Origin: Candidatus Nomurabacteria bacterium
GTDB lineage: Bacteria; Patescibacteriota; Minisyncoccia; Phycocordibacterales; UBA10002
DNA: 64,000 nucleotides
Assembly (NCBI GenBank): GCA_943354745.1
Contig: CALRDB010000002.1
Location: forward strand, 3,679-67,678
Reading direction: 5' to 3'
Shown: in pieces, positions 1 to 8,388 of the stretch
Position numbering within the stretch: the first letter of the stretch is position 1
How the letters are laid out: each line of letters opens with the position of its first letter
The notes under the pieces: model-generated
What the model was told of the DNA's origin: nothing
Seen by the model: only the letters and a program-made list of their open reading frames with translations
Database searches by the model: none
Position numbers and translations under genes: made by a program

Positions 1-1
1 C

Positions 2-469
2 GACCTTCGAGGTAACCCGGGTGGGTACCTCGACGCCGCAGTCGAGATGGCAAGTTATTTTCTTCCCACAGGGAAAGTTATCGTCACTGAAAATTCAGGA
101 ACAGCCAGTAAGGGAAAAGTAGACCGAAGCCTTGGCTATAATCTATTTAATAAAAATCTCCGAATGGTCATCCTGGTCAATGGTGGCTCTGCTTCCGCAT
201 CGGAAATTCTTGCCGGAGCACTCCAGCAACATGGAGTTGCTCAGCTTGTCGGAACACAAACATTCGGTAAAGGATCGGTCCAACAACTGATTAAGGTAAC
301 TCCAGAAACATCACTCAAAGTAACCGTAGCGCGTTGGTTTACACCCAATGGCACCTCTATTTCTCTCAAAGGAATCACCCCTGATGTAGTGGTGAAGATG
401 ACACCAGAGGATATCGAGAAGAAACGCGACCCCCAACTAGAGAAAGCTATTGAACTACTCAACAAATAG
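2..469 (+). CDS. Carboxyl-terminal processing protease (S41 peptidase), 5'-truncated by window edge
   Basis: In-frame upstream extension DLRGNPGG (S41 motif) with no stop back to position 2; LVNGGSASASEILAGALQ signature. Confidence 0.8.
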   Translation, partial: DLRGNPGGYLDAAVEMASYFLPTGKVIVTENSGTASKGKVDRSLGYNLFNKNLRMVILVNGGSASASEILAGALQQHGVAQLVGTQTFGKGSVQQLIKVTPETSLKVTVARWFTPNGTSISLKGITPDVVVKMTPEDIEKKRDPQLEKAIELLNK

Positions 470-564
470 TCGACAACTAAACTACGAATGACAAAAAGAG
501 AAAGATGGGGTATCCTCTTAGGGTTATCAAGGTATCGGTTATTCAGCTATAAATTGTTGCTTCT

Positions 565-1008
565 ATGAAAATAGTGCTACTTAAAGATATTGCGGGTGTT
601 GGCCGAAGAAACGAAGTTAAGAACGTATCCGATGGATACGCGCTTAATATGCTTATCCCGAATAAACTTGCCGTCGTTGGAACACCATCAGCCATAGCCC
701 ATGCCGCACGACTAAAGGCAGAACAAGAAGGGGAGCGTAAATTGCAGGAAAATCTATTACTTAAGAATTTCTCCTCACTCGAAGGAGTGGAAATAGAGCT
801 CACCGAAAAAGCTAACGAGAAAGGACACTTGTTCGCCAGCGTTCATACCAGCACAATTGCCTCTGAGCTAAAAAAGCAAAAAGGCATCGATGTCCTTCCT
901 GATTTCTTGCACGTTGAAAAGCCTATTAAGGAAATCGGCGCTCATACGATTACCGTAAAGGCGCACGACAAGACAGGGACATTTTCTCTCGTGATAAAAG
1001 CGCTCTAA
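565..1008 (+). CDS. rplI: 50S ribosomal protein L9
   Basis: MKIVLLKDIAGVGRRNEVKNVSDGYALNMLIP, typical L9 N-terminal and overall length. Confidence 0.9.
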   Translation: MKIVLLKDIAGVGRRNEVKNVSDGYALNMLIPNKLAVVGTPSAIAHAARLKAEQEGERKLQENLLLKNFSSLEGVEIELTEKANEKGHLFASVHTSTIASELKKQKGIDVLPDFLHVEKPIKEIGAHTITVKAHDKTGTFSLVIKAL

Positions 1009-1063
1009 TAAGCCGAGTTACAGAAAAGCGCTTGACCCTGGGGCAAACCCCCAGCAGAACCGA

Positions 1064-1105
1064 AATTAAAAACTCCCCCTCAATAGAAACGAGGGGGAGT
1101 TTTTA
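1064..1105. terminator. Bidirectional rho-independent terminator between convergent rplI and rpmA
   Basis: aaaaactccccctcaatagaaacgagggggagtttttaatttt: GC stem flanked by A-run and T-run. Confidence 0.7.
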
Positions 1106-1115
1106 ATTTTATTTC

Positions 1116-1388
1116 TTATTGAACACTCACTTCTTTTCGCATCACCATACGCCCGTCATATTTGATCTTGCGTCGATTTTTGAAGGAGACAATACCGTCT
1201 TTATCGGCAAAGAGGGTGTGGTCCTTGCCCACTGAGACGTTCTTGCCGGGAAGAACCTTGGTGCCTCGCTGACGGATGATAATGTTTCCGGTCTTTGCTT
1301 TTTGACCAGCATGCAATTTAACCCCGAGGTAATGTGGGTTTGATCCTGTTAGGTTTTTTGCGGTCCCGCCGGCTTTTTTGTGTGCCAT
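1116..1388 (-). CDS. rpmA: 50S ribosomal protein L27
   Basis: [12 protein letters not shown]...GVKLHAGQ...IIRQRGTK, classic L27. Confidence 0.92.
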   Translation of the reverse strand: MAHKKAGGTAKNLTGSNPHYLGVKLHAGQKAKTGNIIIRQRGTKVLPGKNVSVGKDHTLFADKDGIVSFKNRRKIKYDGRMVMRKEVSVQ

Positions 1389-1496
1389 GGTAAGAAGAGG
1401 TAATTAGTAGACAGTATGTATATAAATAGAGGGAGAACGTGGCCTCGAATAAGCTTCGTCTACCTACTAAGTACCAGTTACTATATACTTAGTTGC

Positions 1497-1937
1497 ATGA
1501 ATATACCCGAAGTAAGGGAAAAAATCAAGTTGTTGCAGGACCGTCTTAACACTCGGGAACTATACACCGTTTTACTGATTTTAGTCGTTGGTTTTGGCTC
1601 TTTTGGACTTGGTAGACTTTCAACGATTCGGGAAGGGAAGCCGCCTGTCCTTGTTGAACAGGCAAATACTCCTATTCTTTCCACTCCGAATTCACCCGAA
1701 GGGAACACAGTGGTGGTAACACCCCCTTCTAAAAGTACAGGGCTAGCAGCAGTTCATTCTGCTACACCCGCCTCAGGTGGACAGCTTGTGGCCTCAAAGG
1801 GCGGAACAAAGTACTATTTCCCTTGGTGTGGTAGTGCTGCGCGCATTTCTGAAGCGAACAAAATCTGGTTCAATTCAGTGGAGGAAGCACGGAAGGCAGG
1901 GTATACACCAGCATCAAATTGCAAAGGACTGAAGTAG
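1497..1937 (+). CDS. Hypothetical membrane-anchored protein with Cys-containing C-terminal domain (YYFPWCG…CKG); start probably MNIPEV
   Basis: ORF 1416..1937; N-terminal TM segment after internal Met; no confident family assignment. Confidence 0.45.
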   Translation: MNIPEVREKIKLLQDRLNTRELYTVLLILVVGFGSFGLGRLSTIREGKPPVLVEQANTPILSTPNSPEGNTVVVTPPSKSTGLAAVHSATPASGGQLVASKGGTKYYFPWCGSAARISEANKIWFNSVEEARKAGYTPASNCKGLK

Positions 1938-1979
1938 TGGGTAGTTTGTAGTTGGTAGAAGAATCGGAGTTTTATTCGC

Positions 1980-2273
1980 ATGCGCAATTCGCTAAACATA
2001 TCTACAATGAAATATACAAGGGACATAGTGCTGACGGTATTGGGGTGGGCGTTTATCGTTATCGGAATCCTCGGCATCTTTTTGCCGTTCCTGCAGGGCA
2101 TTCTCTTTATTGTTATTGGTGTATATCTTCTTTCAATCGGTTCGCCGAAAGCCCATGCAAAATTACATGCGATGTATATCGCGTTCAAGATGCGCTTTCC
2201 CCGCGCCGCGTTTACACTGGTAAAAGTTGAAAAAAAGTGGGAGGATATGATTTCCCGTTGGCGTCGTCCATGA
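1980..2273 (+). CDS. PGPGW-domain small membrane protein
   Basis: GWAFIVIGILGIFLPFLQGILFIVIGVYLLS matches PGPGW (LPGPG-like) two-TM pattern. Confidence 0.5.
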   Translation: MRNSLNISTMKYTRDIVLTVLGWAFIVIGILGIFLPFLQGILFIVIGVYLLSIGSPKAHAKLHAMYIAFKMRFPRAAFTLVKVEKKWEDMISRWRRP

Positions 2274-2372
2274 AGGTTTGTTCTTCTTTCCCCTTTTCAA
2301 AGGGGAAGTACCGAGTCTGCGAGGGGTAGGGGTTTTGAAAAGGAATTCAGCACATATATCGTTAGGTAGCAT

Positions 2373-2446
2373 GTGCGTTTAGCTCAGTTGGTTAGAGCGT
2401 GCGATTCACATTCGCAAGGTCGCAGGTTCGATTCCTGCAACGCGCA
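2373..2446 (+). tRNA. tRNA-Val (anticodon CAC)
   Basis: Manual cloverleaf: acceptor GTGCGTT/AACGCGC, D-arm GCTCAGTTGGTTAGAGC, anticodon stem TGCGA/TCGCA with loop TTCACAT, T-arm GCAGGTTCGATTCCTGC, discriminator A; no encoded CCA. Confidence 0.85.
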
Positions 2447-2448
2447 TT

Positions 2449-3450
2449 ATGAGTTTCTGGGTTACACGTGTCTCTAAGTTTTTGGTACTCGCACTTGCGA
2501 TCCTTTTTGTTACTTGTACCGTGATGATTGCTTCTGAACATACCGTAACTATAGAGAAGGCGAGAACTCCAAAAGTGGTACAAAAATCAAATGAAATTAG
2601 AATGGTTTTCGTCGGAGATATCATGCTCTCCCGAAACATCGGGGAGACAATAGCGAAAAAGAAAGATCCGACGTTTTTCTTCGCCTCGACTACCGAGTTT
2701 CTAAAATCCGCCGACATTACCTTTGGAAATCTTGAAAACCCTGTCTCAACCAGAGGAATAAGATCGGGAAGTATCTATTCGTTCCGCGCAGACCCGCAAA
2801 CACTCCAAGGGCTCACATCAGCGGGTTTTAATGTCGTCTCTATCGCCAACAACCATATTTGGGACTATGGCAAACAAGCATTCAAGGATACTCTGTCGAA
2901 TCTATTGGAAAACGACATTGGTGCTGTTGGTGGGGGAGAGAACTACGCTGAAGCCCATACGCCTAAAATACTCGTGGTAGGGAAGACACGTATAGCATTT
3001 CTGGCCTATACCAACCTCATCTCTCCGAAGCTAGGGCTTGCAAGTTCCACTCCCGCAATTTCAAGATACGACGACACTATTCTTCAGACTGATATTACCG
3101 AAGCCAAAAAAGTGTCTGACTTTGTCGTGGTTTCCTTTCACTGGGGGGATGAATACCAAACCAAGCACAATCCCGAGCAGGAGAGGGTGGGGAAGTTCGT
3201 CATAGATGCGGGTGCGAATCTCGTCATCGGACACCATCCGCATGTCGTACAGGAGGTTGAGGAATATAACGGGGGATATATCGCCTACAGTCTCGGCAAT
3301 TTCATCTTCGACCAGAATTTTTCAAAGGACACGAAACACGGACTCGCGCTAGTCGTTACACTAAAGGACGACAAAATCATCTCCGTTGATAAAAAAGAAG
3401 TCTCTTTCGCTGATGGCTATCACCCTTATTTTGCCGAACATAATAAATAA
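2449..3450 (+). CDS. CapA/PgsA-family metallophosphatase (poly-gamma-glutamate capsule synthesis-like)
   Basis: VFVGDIMLSRNIG, GNLENPVS, SIANNHIWDYG, SFHWGDEYQ, GHHPHVVQ motifs; N-terminal TM anchor; ATG 2 nt after tRNA-Val. Confidence 0.8.
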   Translation: MSFWVTRVSKFLVLALAILFVTCTVMIASEHTVTIEKARTPKVVQKSNEIRMVFVGDIMLSRNIGETIAKKKDPTFFFASTTEFLKSADITFGNLENPVSTRGIRSGSIYSFRADPQTLQGLTSAGFNVVSIANNHIWDYGKQAFKDTLSNLLENDIGAVGGGENYAEAHTPKILVVGKTRIAFLAYTNLISPKLGLASSTPAISRYDDTILQTDITEAKKVSDFVVVSFHWGDEYQTKHNPEQERVGKFVIDAGANLVIGHHPHVVQEVEEYNGGYIAYSLGNFIFDQNFSKDTKHGLALVVTLKDDKIISVDKKEVSFADGYHPYFAEHNK

Positions 3451-3576
3451 GGATCTTCAAACCGCAGCCACTTATGGGATGCCACAGCAAGTCATTGACG
3501 AATTAATTCAAGAGAGTATTCTAATGTGTATAACTGCCAACCTCGTAAAGCCGTTAAGTAACGCAAACAAAAATAT

Positions 3577-3969
3577 ATGAAAAACGCTTTTGAAAGTTCG
3601 CCAGAAACAGTAGCGAGTGCTCAACCCGAAAATAGAGCCGAGGTTAGTGCCGCTGAATTAAAAGTAAAGTATCAACTGACGGACGAAACTTGTAATCTCC
3701 CCGAGGAATCGGAGGAAAGAGTTAGCAGAATCCTAGCGGAAAGAGAACGACTCGAACGTATCCATAGAGGTTTTACAAGAGAAATCCCGGAGATTCAAGT
3801 TGCTTTGAGGTTGCCGGAGGACGACCCTCATTTTAAAGGTATGAGAACCAGCCCGAATGCTTATAGGATGCGACTACAGGAGTGCCAAACCGCTCTTCCC
3901 CTCGTTTTTGATCGTATCAAGGAACTTGAATCAAGGAGTAAGAAAGTGCTTATTCCTTTCCAAGAATAG
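3577..3969 (+). CDS. Hypothetical protein (charged, coiled-coil-like)
   Basis: 130-aa ORF with no overlapping alternative; followed by terminator. Confidence 0.4.
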   Translation: MKNAFESSPETVASAQPENRAEVSAAELKVKYQLTDETCNLPEESEERVSRILAERERLERIHRGFTREIPEIQVALRLPEDDPHFKGMRTSPNAYRMRLQECQTALPLVFDRIKELESRSKKVLIPFQE

Positions 3970-3977
3970 GCCCTCCT

Positions 3978-4008
3978 ATAAAAGCCGCCATATGGCGGCT
4001 TTTACCTT
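3978..4008 (+). terminator. Rho-independent terminator
   Basis: aaagccgccatatggcggcttttacctttcttt: 10-bp stem plus T-rich tail. Confidence 0.7.
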
Positions 4009-4032
4009 TCTTTGCTAAAGTAGTTCACACTA

Positions 4033-4103
4033 CGGGATGTAGTATAACGGTAGTATCTACGATTCGGGTTCGTAGGGTCCGAGTTCAAATCTCGGCATCC
4101 CGA
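4033..4103 (+). tRNA. tRNA-Pro (anticodon CGG)
   Basis: Manual cloverleaf: acceptor CGGGATG/CATCCCG, anticodon stem TACGA/TCGTA with loop TTCGGGT (G37), T-arm CCGAGTTCAAATCTCGG, discriminator A. Confidence 0.8.
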
Positions 4104-4104
4104 C

Positions 4105-4704
4105 ATGATAATTGTCGACGTAGAATCAACCGGCGTAGATGCCAAACTAAACTCGCTCCTTTCGGTAGGGGCGCTGGATTTTGATAATCCCGAGAATCAG
4201 TTCTATATGGAATGCCGGGCGTTTGAGGGAGCGCACGTGGAAAAAGAAGCACTTGTGGTAGCAGGATTTAATGAAATCCAAATCCATGACCAAACAAAAA
4301 AAACGGACAGGGAAGTGGTGATCGCTTTTTTGGCATGGATGAAGACCTGCAAGGAATGGACCCTTGTGGGACAAAATCCATCATTTGACCGCGACTTCTT
4401 AGAAAAAACTGCCCACCGGTATCATATCGATTGGCCTCTCGCTCATAGGACGATTGATCTTCATTCGATTGCCTATTTTGAGCTTCTCAAAGCAGGGAAG
4501 GAGATTCCTCGCAAGAATAACCATACCGCCCTCAACCTCGATAGGATTCTAGAACAGGTAGGTCTACCCACTCGTACTAAAAGCCATAACGCACTCGATG
4601 ACTCAAAGCTCGAAGCAGAAGCATTTTCAAGATTACTTAATGGAAAGGGACTTTTGACCCAATATAGCCATTTCCCGATACCATCCAACGCAAAAAAGTC
4701 CTAG
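4105..4704 (+). CDS. DEDDh 3'-5' exonuclease (DnaQ/epsilon-like)
   Basis: MIIVDVESTG (Exo I), GQNPSFD (Exo II), HNALDDS (Exo III H-x4-D); ATG 1 nt after tRNA-Pro discriminator. Confidence 0.75.
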   Translation: MIIVDVESTGVDAKLNSLLSVGALDFDNPENQFYMECRAFEGAHVEKEALVVAGFNEIQIHDQTKKTDREVVIAFLAWMKTCKEWTLVGQNPSFDRDFLEKTAHRYHIDWPLAHRTIDLHSIAYFELLKAGKEIPRKNNHTALNLDRILEQVGLPTRTKSHNALDDSKLEAEAFSRLLNGKGLLTQYSHFPIPSNAKKS

Positions 4705-4732
4705 GACGGCTAAGAATATAGGTTTTAGAAAT

Positions 4733-4766
4733 ACAAAAATACGGCTCTATAGAGCCGTATTTTTGT
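4733..4766. terminator. Bidirectional terminator
   Basis: aaaaatacggctctatagagccgtatttttg. Confidence 0.7.
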
Positions 4767-4798
4767 ATTGACGTAGTCTTAAAAACGTGTGGAATTAT

Positions 4799-4827
4799 TG
4801 ACAGACTGGCTGAGGCGTGCTAGTATA
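4799..4827 (+). promoter_or_regulatory. Sigma70-like promoter (TTGACA-17bp-TAGTAT)
   Basis: ttgacagactggctgaggcgtgctagtat. Confidence 0.5.
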
Positions 4828-4979
4828 TAGAAGCAATCAGACGAGAGTCTGGTTGCTGTTTTTAATCACCGAGAACCTTGGAATTTTTCAAAGGTACTCA
4901 GATGAAATCTCCATTCGAACGGTCCAAGATTATCTTGGAGACGAGTGCGAGAAAAACGTAATACGAACTTTTAAAAAAT

Positions 4980-5444
4980 ATGATAGAACTTACTACTAGT
5001 TTTGTACTCCTACTTGGAAGCCTTTACGGCGGAGTATCGGCTACCGCCGAAACCCCTCCGAAAGGACCTGTACCCGTAGAGCAAGCTATGGCTAACCAGC
5101 CGGTTACGCTTGAATCGTACATCCGCGAGTATTTCAAGGATACGCCTATTATGGCGGAGATTGCAAAATGCGAGTCACGATTCAGACATCTCGGTAGGAA
5201 CGGCAAAGTGCTTCGCGGTGAACTAACCGTGGAAGATCTTGGTGTCATGCAGATCAACGAATTTTATCACGAGGATACTGCAAAGGTGCTTGGATTTGAC
5301 CTCCACACACTTGATGGGAACCTTGCGTATGCTAAATGGCTTTATGCAAAAGAAGGAACCGTTCCTTGGTACTCGTCTGCTAAGTGTTGGCAGAAATCAG
5401 ACACTATCGCCAAAACGGATATAAGGCTAGCAAAAATCAACTAA
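4980..5444 (+). CDS. Secreted lysozyme-like / lytic transglycosylase (SLT) domain protein
   Basis: Signal peptide; catalytic-like CES…GVMQIN…Y motifs of SLT family 1. Confidence 0.55.
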   Translation: MIELTTSFVLLLGSLYGGVSATAETPPKGPVPVEQAMANQPVTLESYIREYFKDTPIMAEIAKCESRFRHLGRNGKVLRGELTVEDLGVMQINEFYHEDTAKVLGFDLHTLDGNLAYAKWLYAKEGTVPWYSSAKCWQKSDTIAKTDIRLAKIN

Positions 5445-5445
5445 C

Positions 5446-5478
5446 TTCAAAAACTCCCCGAGTAATCGGGGAGTTTTT
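5446..5478. terminator. Bidirectional terminator
   Basis: aaaaactccccgagtaatcggggagtttttgtttg. Confidence 0.7.
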
Positions 5479-5484
5479 GTTTGC

Positions 5485-5718
5485 CTATGATTTGAGCTTT
5501 TTGAGCGGATGGAACTCTTTGTGAGTGCTTTCAGCATATTTATCTGAAGCATTCACGTACCGTGTTGTTGTTTGTAACGATTCATGCCCGAGGAGTATCT
5601 GGATAGCGGCAGGATTAGCGCCTTGTCCAGCAAGATAGGTAGCAAAGCCGTGGCGAAATGAATGCGCGGAGGTAGGAACAATGATACCAAGAAGCTCCTT
5701 ATACCGTTTAATTTTCAT
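5485..5718 (-). pseudogene. Tyrosine recombinase C-terminal fragment (catalytic HxxR…Y region only)
   Basis: AHSFRHGFATYL…LLGHESLQTTTRYV; lacks N-terminal core-binding domain; directly downstream of full-length xer gene. Confidence 0.6.
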
Positions 5719-5733
5719 CTGAAGGTAGTTGGT

Positions 5734-6681
5734 TTATAGTCCTTCTCCTCCATGGAATTTTTTATGAATGTCTCGTAAATGCTTTGACGTAACGTGCGTA
5801 TAGATTTGGGTGGTCGCGATATTGCGATGACCTAAAAACTCTTGCACAACACGCAGGTCAACCCCCTTGGTCATTAAATCAGTCGCGAATGAGTGTCTGA
5901 GTGTGTGTGGGGTCGCCAAAAAAGGGATTCCAGCCATCTTTGAGTACTTTTCGACGACAAGCTCTACACCACGGACCGAGAGACGGCGGGAGTCCTTTTT
6001 CGGACCTTTAAAATTGATAAAGAGGGCATTGTCACTGTCATCGCGACCTTTAATATATGCCTTGAGCCAATGTAAGGCTCGATCGGAGAAATAGACCGTT
6101 CGGGGATGTCCGCCTTTGCCTATGACGCCAAGTTCAAGGTCTTCCTTGTTTAACGAGCTTGCAAGCTGCTTTAGATCAAGCGCGACAAGCTCGGCAACGC
6201 GCAACCCCGTACTGAAAAGCACTTCAAGAATGGCACGGTCTCGCCGTCCCGCTGCTGTTTTGATGTCGGGTGCATCAAAAAACCTTCGAAGCTGCTCAAT
6301 ATCGAAAAACTTAATAAGGTGCTCCTTCCGGTTCTTTGGAAGCTTTATTTTCTCCGTGGGGACCGTCGGAATATTCTTCTCATGAAAAAACGCTACAAAC
6401 GACCGCAGGGCGATAAGGTACAGGCTCTGTGTCACCGGATGAAGGGTCGCGGAGGCCTTGCGGATCGCATTGGGGCGACGTGAAAGCCAAACGCGATATT
6501 TTGAAATATGCTCATCGTTAAGCTTATCGGGGGAAAGCTTTTCCAAATTATTTTCTTTGAGCCATGCGAAAAATTTTTGCACGAACCGCGAATAATTTTT
6601 CACCGTGTTTATCGAGAGTCCTTTCTCGACTTCTGAATACTCCAGAAAATCGTTCAAATATTGGGGGAGTGGTTTGTACAT
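5734..6681 (-). CDS. xerD: Site-specific tyrosine recombinase XerC/XerD family
   Basis: N-terminal SAM-like domain; HTLRHSFATDLMTKGVDLRVVQEFLGHRNIATTQIYTHV catalytic region; 315 aa. Confidence 0.8.
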   Translation of the reverse strand: MYKPLPQYLNDFLEYSEVEKGLSINTVKNYSRFVQKFFAWLKENNLEKLSPDKLNDEHISKYRVWLSRRPNAIRKASATLHPVTQSLYLIALRSFVAFFHEKNIPTVPTEKIKLPKNRKEHLIKFFDIEQLRRFFDAPDIKTAAGRRDRAILEVLFSTGLRVAELVALDLKQLASSLNKEDLELGVIGKGGHPRTVYFSDRALHWLKAYIKGRDDSDNALFINFKGPKKDSRRLSVRGVELVVEKYSKMAGIPFLATPHTLRHSFATDLMTKGVDLRVVQEFLGHRNIATTQIYTHVTSKHLRDIHKKFHGGEGL

Positions 6682-6809
6682 TTTGAGGTTCTTAAGAGTG
6701 TCTTATTTTGCCCTAGTAAATGTGGATTAACATATATTATACGAAGTACTGTCGCTTAGAGCAACGGGTGTTATCCACACCCGTTGCATCAGATCCCCTT
6801 CTGCTGTGT

Positions 6810-7112
6810 CTAGAGTAATCCGTTAATTTTATCCCAAATCCAAACTGCTGGCGCGACAATAAATGTATTCCAAAGTTCTACCGTCAAACCCCAGACGTAC
6901 ACTAAATTTTCGTGCACCGTCGGCGAGTCGATAATGTCTTTAAGGTTGTAACCGAAAAAACCGAGCACAATAAGTGCGATAACAATAAGCAGTATTAACT
7001 TGATAAACCCTCCCCTTCTATCGTGTGTGTTATTCATATCGTAATTATAAGTTAACCTCTTAATCATGCAAACTGTGTGGTCCGCGCCGTTGCCTCTCCC
7101 GCACTTTCGCAT
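6810..7112 (-). CDS. Small hypothetical membrane protein (true start possibly at 7037)
   Basis: One strong TM helix LILLIVIALIVLGFFGY; N-terminal part of ORF may be non-coding. Confidence 0.35.
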   Translation of the reverse strand: MRKCGRGNGADHTVCMIKRLTYNYDMNNTHDRRGGFIKLILLIVIALIVLGFFGYNLKDIIDSPTVHENLVYVWGLTVELWNTFIVAPAVWIWDKINGLL

Positions 7113-7115
7113 ATA

Positions 7116-8384
7116 TTATAAATATAAGAGGGGATTCAGATACGCTTTGAGGTCGGCAACGGGCATACGGTAATTTCCTTTACATACTGAACTTTTACGC
7201 TCCATGATCCGCATACCTTGTGTTGCATACACCGTTACATGTAAATGGGGTCCGGTTGAGTAGCCAGTATCACCACTGTAACCGATCACTTCACCGGTCG
7301 CCACACCTTGACCTTCGGTTACCTTAATCAAAGAGAAGTGGGCATAGAGAGTCGAGAGGCCGTTTTGGTGTTCTATGAGTACCCATTTGCCGTACGACGC
7401 TCCTGGACAGACCGTGTCAGTATCCCCTATCCCTTTTACTATCCCGCTCAGTGTAGCCTTAACCCTTGTTCCGACAGCAGCCTTAAAATCAACGCCGTTG
7501 TGACCTTTACCGTTATACGCTCCGCTTTTTGCAAAAGCAGTATCACCAAACTCCTGTGTAATCTTTATGACATCGAGTGGCCACAAAAGGACTCCTGAAC
7601 CGGATGGGGGAAGCCGGGAAGGGTCTATAGCGAAACGAAGCTCGGACTCAAAGGCAAGAAGTTCTTTTTCAAAAACATTTCGCTTTGCAACCTGTTGCGC
7701 TAATATCTTTCTATATTCGGTTTCCTTATTCTTCGTAGTCAAGAGGAGCTCACTTTTCGCCTTTTTGTTTTGAGCAAGCATCGCATTCTTATCACCCAAA
7801 TCAGCCCGAAGCGAAACCAATTTCTTCCGGTTCATCTCGGTTTCAGTTTGAACCTCCTCAAGGCCTGCCTTGAGTTCCTTGGTGCTGTTCATATCATCTC
7901 GAACATGCGCCTCAAAACGCTTCAAATCATCGACTTTTCCCCAGACCGTTGAAAGAGTTCCTCCCGAGAGCATAATTTCGATAAGCGTCCTTTTGTCCGC
8001 ATCAGCAAGATTTCGTATAGTTTGTGAAAGAGCATCTCGACTTATACCGATCTTCCCTTCCTTTTGGTGGATGTCTCGAGACAACTCTTCAAGACGCAGG
8101 TTAACGGCGGTGATTTTACTTGCTGTTAATTTAATTTCAGCAGAGAGCTTTTTTTGTTCAAGATCAATATACCGAATAGTACTTTGCAGTGTCTTTGTTT
8201 CTTTCCCTGTCGTTTCTATTTGTATCTGAAAATCTGCAATTTCTTTTTCGAGAATGGCAATGGCGGTATTTCTTTGAGTAATCTTAGTGCGAAGATCGGT
8301 AATGGTTTCACCATATACCGGGAAAAAAGGTACCAAAAAGAGGCACCCCACTATTCCAAGAATACTAAGCCTGCATCGGGACAT
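7116..8384 (-). CDS. M23 family peptidoglycan DD-metalloendopeptidase with N-terminal coiled coil (EnvC-like)
   Basis: GHNGVDF…HLHVTVY M23 motifs; long coiled-coil N-terminus; signal/TM. Confidence 0.8.
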   Translation of the reverse strand: MSRCRLSILGIVGCLFLVPFFPVYGETITDLRTKITQRNTAIAILEKEIADFQIQIETTGKETKTLQSTIRYIDLEQKKLSAEIKLTASKITAVNLRLEELSRDIHQKEGKIGISRDALSQTIRNLADADKRTLIEIMLSGGTLSTVWGKVDDLKRFEAHVRDDMNSTKELKAGLEEVQTETEMNRKKLVSLRADLGDKNAMLAQNKKAKSELLLTTKNKETEYRKILAQQVAKRNVFEKELLAFESELRFAIDPSRLPPSGSGVLLWPLDVIKITQEFGDTAFAKSGAYNGKGHNGVDFKAAVGTRVKATLSGIVKGIGDTDTVCPGASYGKWVLIEHQNGLSTLYAHFSLIKVTEGQGVATGEVIGYSGDTGYSTGPHLHVTVYATQGMRIMERKSSVCKGNYRMPVADLKAYLNPLLYL

Positions 8385-8388
8385 GCTT

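Noticed and set aside
4033-6700. tRNA-Pro-associated genomic island delimited by the integrase
   Set aside because: No direct repeat of the tRNA 3' end was found near 6700. The integrase has housekeeping XerD architecture. Kept only as a low-level finding.
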